A DNA stretch of 37,209 nucleotides from Verrucomicrobiota bacterium (GTDB taxonomy: Bacteria; Verrucomicrobiota; Verrucomicrobiia; Limisphaerales; UBA1100), in NCBI GenBank assembly GCA_028872645.1, contig JAPKDK010000003.1, forward strand, positions 1 through 37,209, read 5' to 3'. Positions within the stretch are counted from its first letter, which is position 1. Every line of letters begins with the position of its first letter. The position numbers were made by a program, and so were the translations under genes. Shown here piece by piece: positions 34,501-37,209 of the stretch. The notes beneath the pieces were generated by a model. The model had not been told where the DNA came from and searched no databases. It worked only from the letters and a program-made list of their open reading frames with translations.

Positions 34501-35307
34501 CGCGGCGATTCGGTACGGCTGCACTTCGCCATTCCCAAGCACGGGCAACTGCCTTCCGGCGTGAAGCCCGGCGACATTTTGCGCGGCACGATTCAATACG
34601 GCGGCAACACCGATGACCTCAACGGCGCGGGCCAAAAGCCCGGCGGTTTCCCCGTGCAATACATCGTGCCCGCCGCGCGCAACTCATTCCCCTCCACCAA
34701 ACCCAAAGTGGTGCCGCCCAAAAAACCAGAACCTAAAAAACTCAGCGCCGAAGAAAAACTCGCTGAAAAAAATCTCAAGCTCGAACTCGCCAAGCTTAAG
34801 CCACTTAAGCCAGCTAAGGACGCCAAAGAAATCCTGAAAGTCGCCGACACCGTTCTCAAACAACTCGACCTCGACGGCCTTCAGCAATACCTCGGCACGC
34901 CCGCCGATGAAACTGCCGCCGACAAAGATGCTTTGAAAAAGAAATGGGATGTTCAAAAGGCAGCGCTCATCACCGCCCTCCGCGCCCAAGCCCGAGCGCG
35001 ACTCGCTCAAGCCAAGGCCGACAAAAAATCCATCGCCGCATTTGAAGCCGCTTGGGATAAACTCATCCGCTGGAACCCCGCCACCGATGCCGCCAACGCC
35101 GAGCTGAATCTTGAACGCGAACTGCTGCACAATCGTCTCGGAAACGCTGTGAAAATTCTTACCGCCAAGATTTCCAAATCCCCCGCCACCCGCGCTCATT
35201 ACGAAAAACGCGCCGATTTCCTCGGCAAACTCGGCTGGACAGAATGGCAAGCCCACGAGAAAAAATCCCTGCTCGTGCGCTTCCCAAGTGAGTATCCACC
35301 GTTTTAG
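31591..35307 (+). CDS. Tripeptidyl-peptidase II (TPP II)-like S8 subtilase, predicted lipoprotein
   Basis: 1238 aa from ATG 31591. [15 protein letters not shown] lipobox (Cys15). LIPKRATGA...[21 protein letters not shown] (D75), [10 protein letters not shown] (H294), [28 protein letters not shown] (S479), [9 protein letters not shown], C-terminal LGW...FPSEYPPF. Colinear with eukaryotic TPP II as I recall it. Confidence 0.92.
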   Translation: [1238 protein letters not shown]

Positions 35308-35398
35308 CAAAATCGACCGCGGATTTTTTTGATTCCCTTTTCTCCGCCAACCCCCTACTTTCCGGCGCTTTCCGCCCTCAGATGGCGCGAAACCTATT

Positions 35399-36433
35399 AT
35401 GCCCATTGCCACACCCACACAATACGCCGCGATTCTCGATGCCGCCCAAGCGGGCGACTACGCCTATCCCGCCGTCAACGTCACCTCTATCACCACCATC
35501 AACGCCGCGCTCAAGGCCTTTGCCGACGCGAAGTCCGATGGCATCATTCAGTTCTCAACCGGTGGCGGCCAGTTCGCTTCCGGCCTGAATGTGAAGGACG
35601 CCGCCTTTGGCTGCATCGTCCTCGCCGAGGCCGCGCATCGGTTGGCGGAAAAATATGACGTGCTCATCGGCCTGCACACAGACCATTGCCAACCGGAAGT
35701 AGCCGCCGATTTCCTCAAACCGCTCATCGCCGAAACTGCCAAGCGCCGTGCTGCCGGTCAGGGAAATCTTTTCCAAAGCCATATGCTCGACGCCTCCATT
35801 TTGCCGTTGGAGGATAATATGAAAATCTCCAAGGAATATCTTGAGCTATGCGCCGCCAATGAAATCATCCTCGAAGTCGAAGCCGGCGTCGTGGGCGGTG
35901 AGGAAGACGGCTCGGCCGGCAGCGAAGACACGCCCGCCGAAAAACTTTACACCACGCCCGAAGATATGCTCACCGTTTACGAAAGCCTCAATGGGCTTGG
36001 CCGGTATATGTTCGCCGCCACCTTCGGCAATGTGCACGGGGCCTACAAACCCGGCGCGGTGAAGCTCAGCCCCGAGATTCTTAAGCAGGGACAGGACGCG
36101 GTGATCGGCAAACACGGCGAGGAAGCGAAGTTCGACCTCGTTTTCCATGGCGGCAGTGGATCAGAGAAACATCAGATTAAAGAGACCCTCAACTACGGTG
36201 TCATCAAAATGAACATCGACACCGACACACAATACAGTTTCACCCGCCCCATCGCCGACCACATGATGACCAATTACGAGGGCGTGCTGAAAATCGACGG
36301 AGAAGTCGGAGTCAAAAAGGTTTATGACCCGCGCTCCTACCTGAAGAAGGGCGAGGAAGCGATGGCGGCTCGCCTTGTGGAAGCCTGTAACGATCTTGAG
36401 AGCACCGGCAAATCAATTGCCGGCTCGGTCTAA
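35399..36433 (+). CDS. fbaA: Class II fructose-bisphosphate aldolase
   Basis: YAYPAVNVTS, DGIIQFSTGG, LHTDHC, FQSHMLDAS, VVGGEEDG, ATFGNVHGAYKPG, VFHGGSGS, KMNIDTDTQY, YDPRSY. Confidence 0.96.
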   Translation: MPIATPTQYAAILDAAQAGDYAYPAVNVTSITTINAALKAFADAKSDGIIQFSTGGGQFASGLNVKDAAFGCIVLAEAAHRLAEKYDVLIGLHTDHCQPEVAADFLKPLIAETAKRRAAGQGNLFQSHMLDASILPLEDNMKISKEYLELCAANEIILEVEAGVVGGEEDGSAGSEDTPAEKLYTTPEDMLTVYESLNGLGRYMFAATFGNVHGAYKPGAVKLSPEILKQGQDAVIGKHGEEAKFDLVFHGGSGSEKHQIKETLNYGVIKMNIDTDTQYSFTRPIADHMMTNYEGVLKIDGEVGVKKVYDPRSYLKKGEEAMAARLVEACNDLESTGKSIAGSV

Positions 36434-36447
36434 GGCTAAAAACCCAA

Positions 36448-37209
36448 CTACTTGATGGTCACCGGACTAAACCGGGTCTTGGTTCCCTTGGCGTAGATAC
36501 CGAAGTACTGGATCTTTTCCAGATCTTTAGGGGTTTGCATCACAACTTCCGTCTTACCCACTTTCAAGGTAAGCAACCCTTTAACCGTGTCAATGGTCAC
36601 CACCGCCTTGAATGATTCGTCCGGATTCAAGGCCACTTTTTTAACGGTTCCCAGGCTGCTATTAGCCCAGGATCCCGGGAAAATTCCGTGTGCTCCCATG
36701 CCGATCATGGAACCGGCCTTCCAGAGTTTATCGTTGAGAGGCTCTGCTCCCAGCACGAGGCAAGCGTTGCGGGTTCGCTCCTTGACTGCGGCCTGATACT
36801 CCAGTTCAAAGGTAATCTTTTTACCCACCGCACGATCCAGCTTATGCAGCGCAAAGGCTTCCCCCTGCCCCGCATCCAGAAGATACCCCTCACCATCCTT
36901 GGTCACCGTGCCTCCCTTGACAATCTCCCAGTCGCCGGTTTCATCCTTACCCTCGGATAATTTCTTACCCTTGGTCCGTTTGCCGCGTTGACGGGGCTTT
37001 TCATTAACCCACCATTCCGAGGGCCCCTCCTTTTCCACCTCTCCATGCACCTTGAGTAGTGCGGCCTTCATCGAGGCGAGCTTTTCGGGCATCTTGGCGG
37101 CCAAATCCGTTTGCTCCTTCCAATCCTTTTCGATCTCATAGAGTTGAAATTTTTGTAACGCGTTGTCCCCCACAATTTTCCAGTCCCCAATACGCATAGC
37201 CACATGGTT
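36448..37209 (-). CDS. C-terminal part of a probable sulfatase with an extra beta-rich domain; begins outside the window
   Basis: AMRIGDWKIVG...FQLYEIEKDWKEQTDLAAKMPEK is the typical sulfatase C-terminal motif, followed by ~170 aa of beta-strand-like sequence. The catalytic motif is not visible. Confidence 0.72.
   Translation of the reverse strand, partial: NHVAMRIGDWKIVGDNALQKFQLYEIEKDWKEQTDLAAKMPEKLASMKAALLKVHGEVEKEGPSEWWVNEKPRQRGKRTKGKKLSEGKDETGDWEIVKGGTVTKDGEGYLLDAGQGEAFALHKLDRAVGKKITFELEYQAAVKERTRNACLVLGAEPLNDKLWKAGSMIGMGAHGIFPGSWANSSLGTVKKVALNPDESFKAVVTIDTVKGLLTLKVGKTEVVMQTPKDLEKIQYFGIYAKGTKTRFSPVTIK

Noticed and set aside
35309-35331. AAAATC...GATTTT hairpin with T tract after the TPP II-like gene
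   Set aside because: The stem is short and AT-rich; too weak to call a terminator.
1-37209. tRNA, rRNA, riboswitch, integrase or transposase
   Set aside because: None recognised by eye in the short intergenic regions; a covariance-model search would be needed to exclude small RNAs.

Overview
Bacterial genomic window. The gene content (five sulfatases, a DUF1501 + PSD1/planctomycete cytochrome c pair, NHL proteins, a PAS-AraC regulator) suggests the PVC superphylum, most plausibly a marine Verrucomicrobium; this is inference, not a database result. Intact genes: sulfatases, an IlvD/Edd sugar-acid dehydratase with a DHDPS-family lyase, uxaC, an NHL protein, an SDR, a DegT-like PLP enzyme, rhomboid GlpG, a YafK/DpaA-type L,D-transpeptidase-family protein, two alpha/beta esterases, a PIG-L deacetylase, a Zn-dependent dehydrogenase, a lactonase, a Spy/CpxP-like protein paired with a protease-less PDZ protein, MscS and class II fbaA. 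The most notable gene is a full-length bacterial homologue of eukaryotic tripeptidyl-peptidase II (31591-35307). It has a lipoprotein signal and keeps the Asp/His/Ser triad, but both glutamates that make TPP II an exopeptidase are replaced (human E305 -> S335, E331 -> G361, aligned from recalled human sequence). Two stretches of decayed genes are also readable. 6.2-7.5 kb holds a Mrr remnant, a duplicated uxaC 5' end joined to an IOR-type oxidoreductase 5' end at AGCCGG, an internally deleted Ldh_2 gene and an NHL/enolase-superfamily chimera. 21.1-21.7 kb holds MFS and YchF remnants. A CACAGAG palindromic repeat family and a likely AraC tandem operator are present. No rRNA, tRNA, CRISPR array or intact mobile element was seen. 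All family calls rest on motif recognition by eye.
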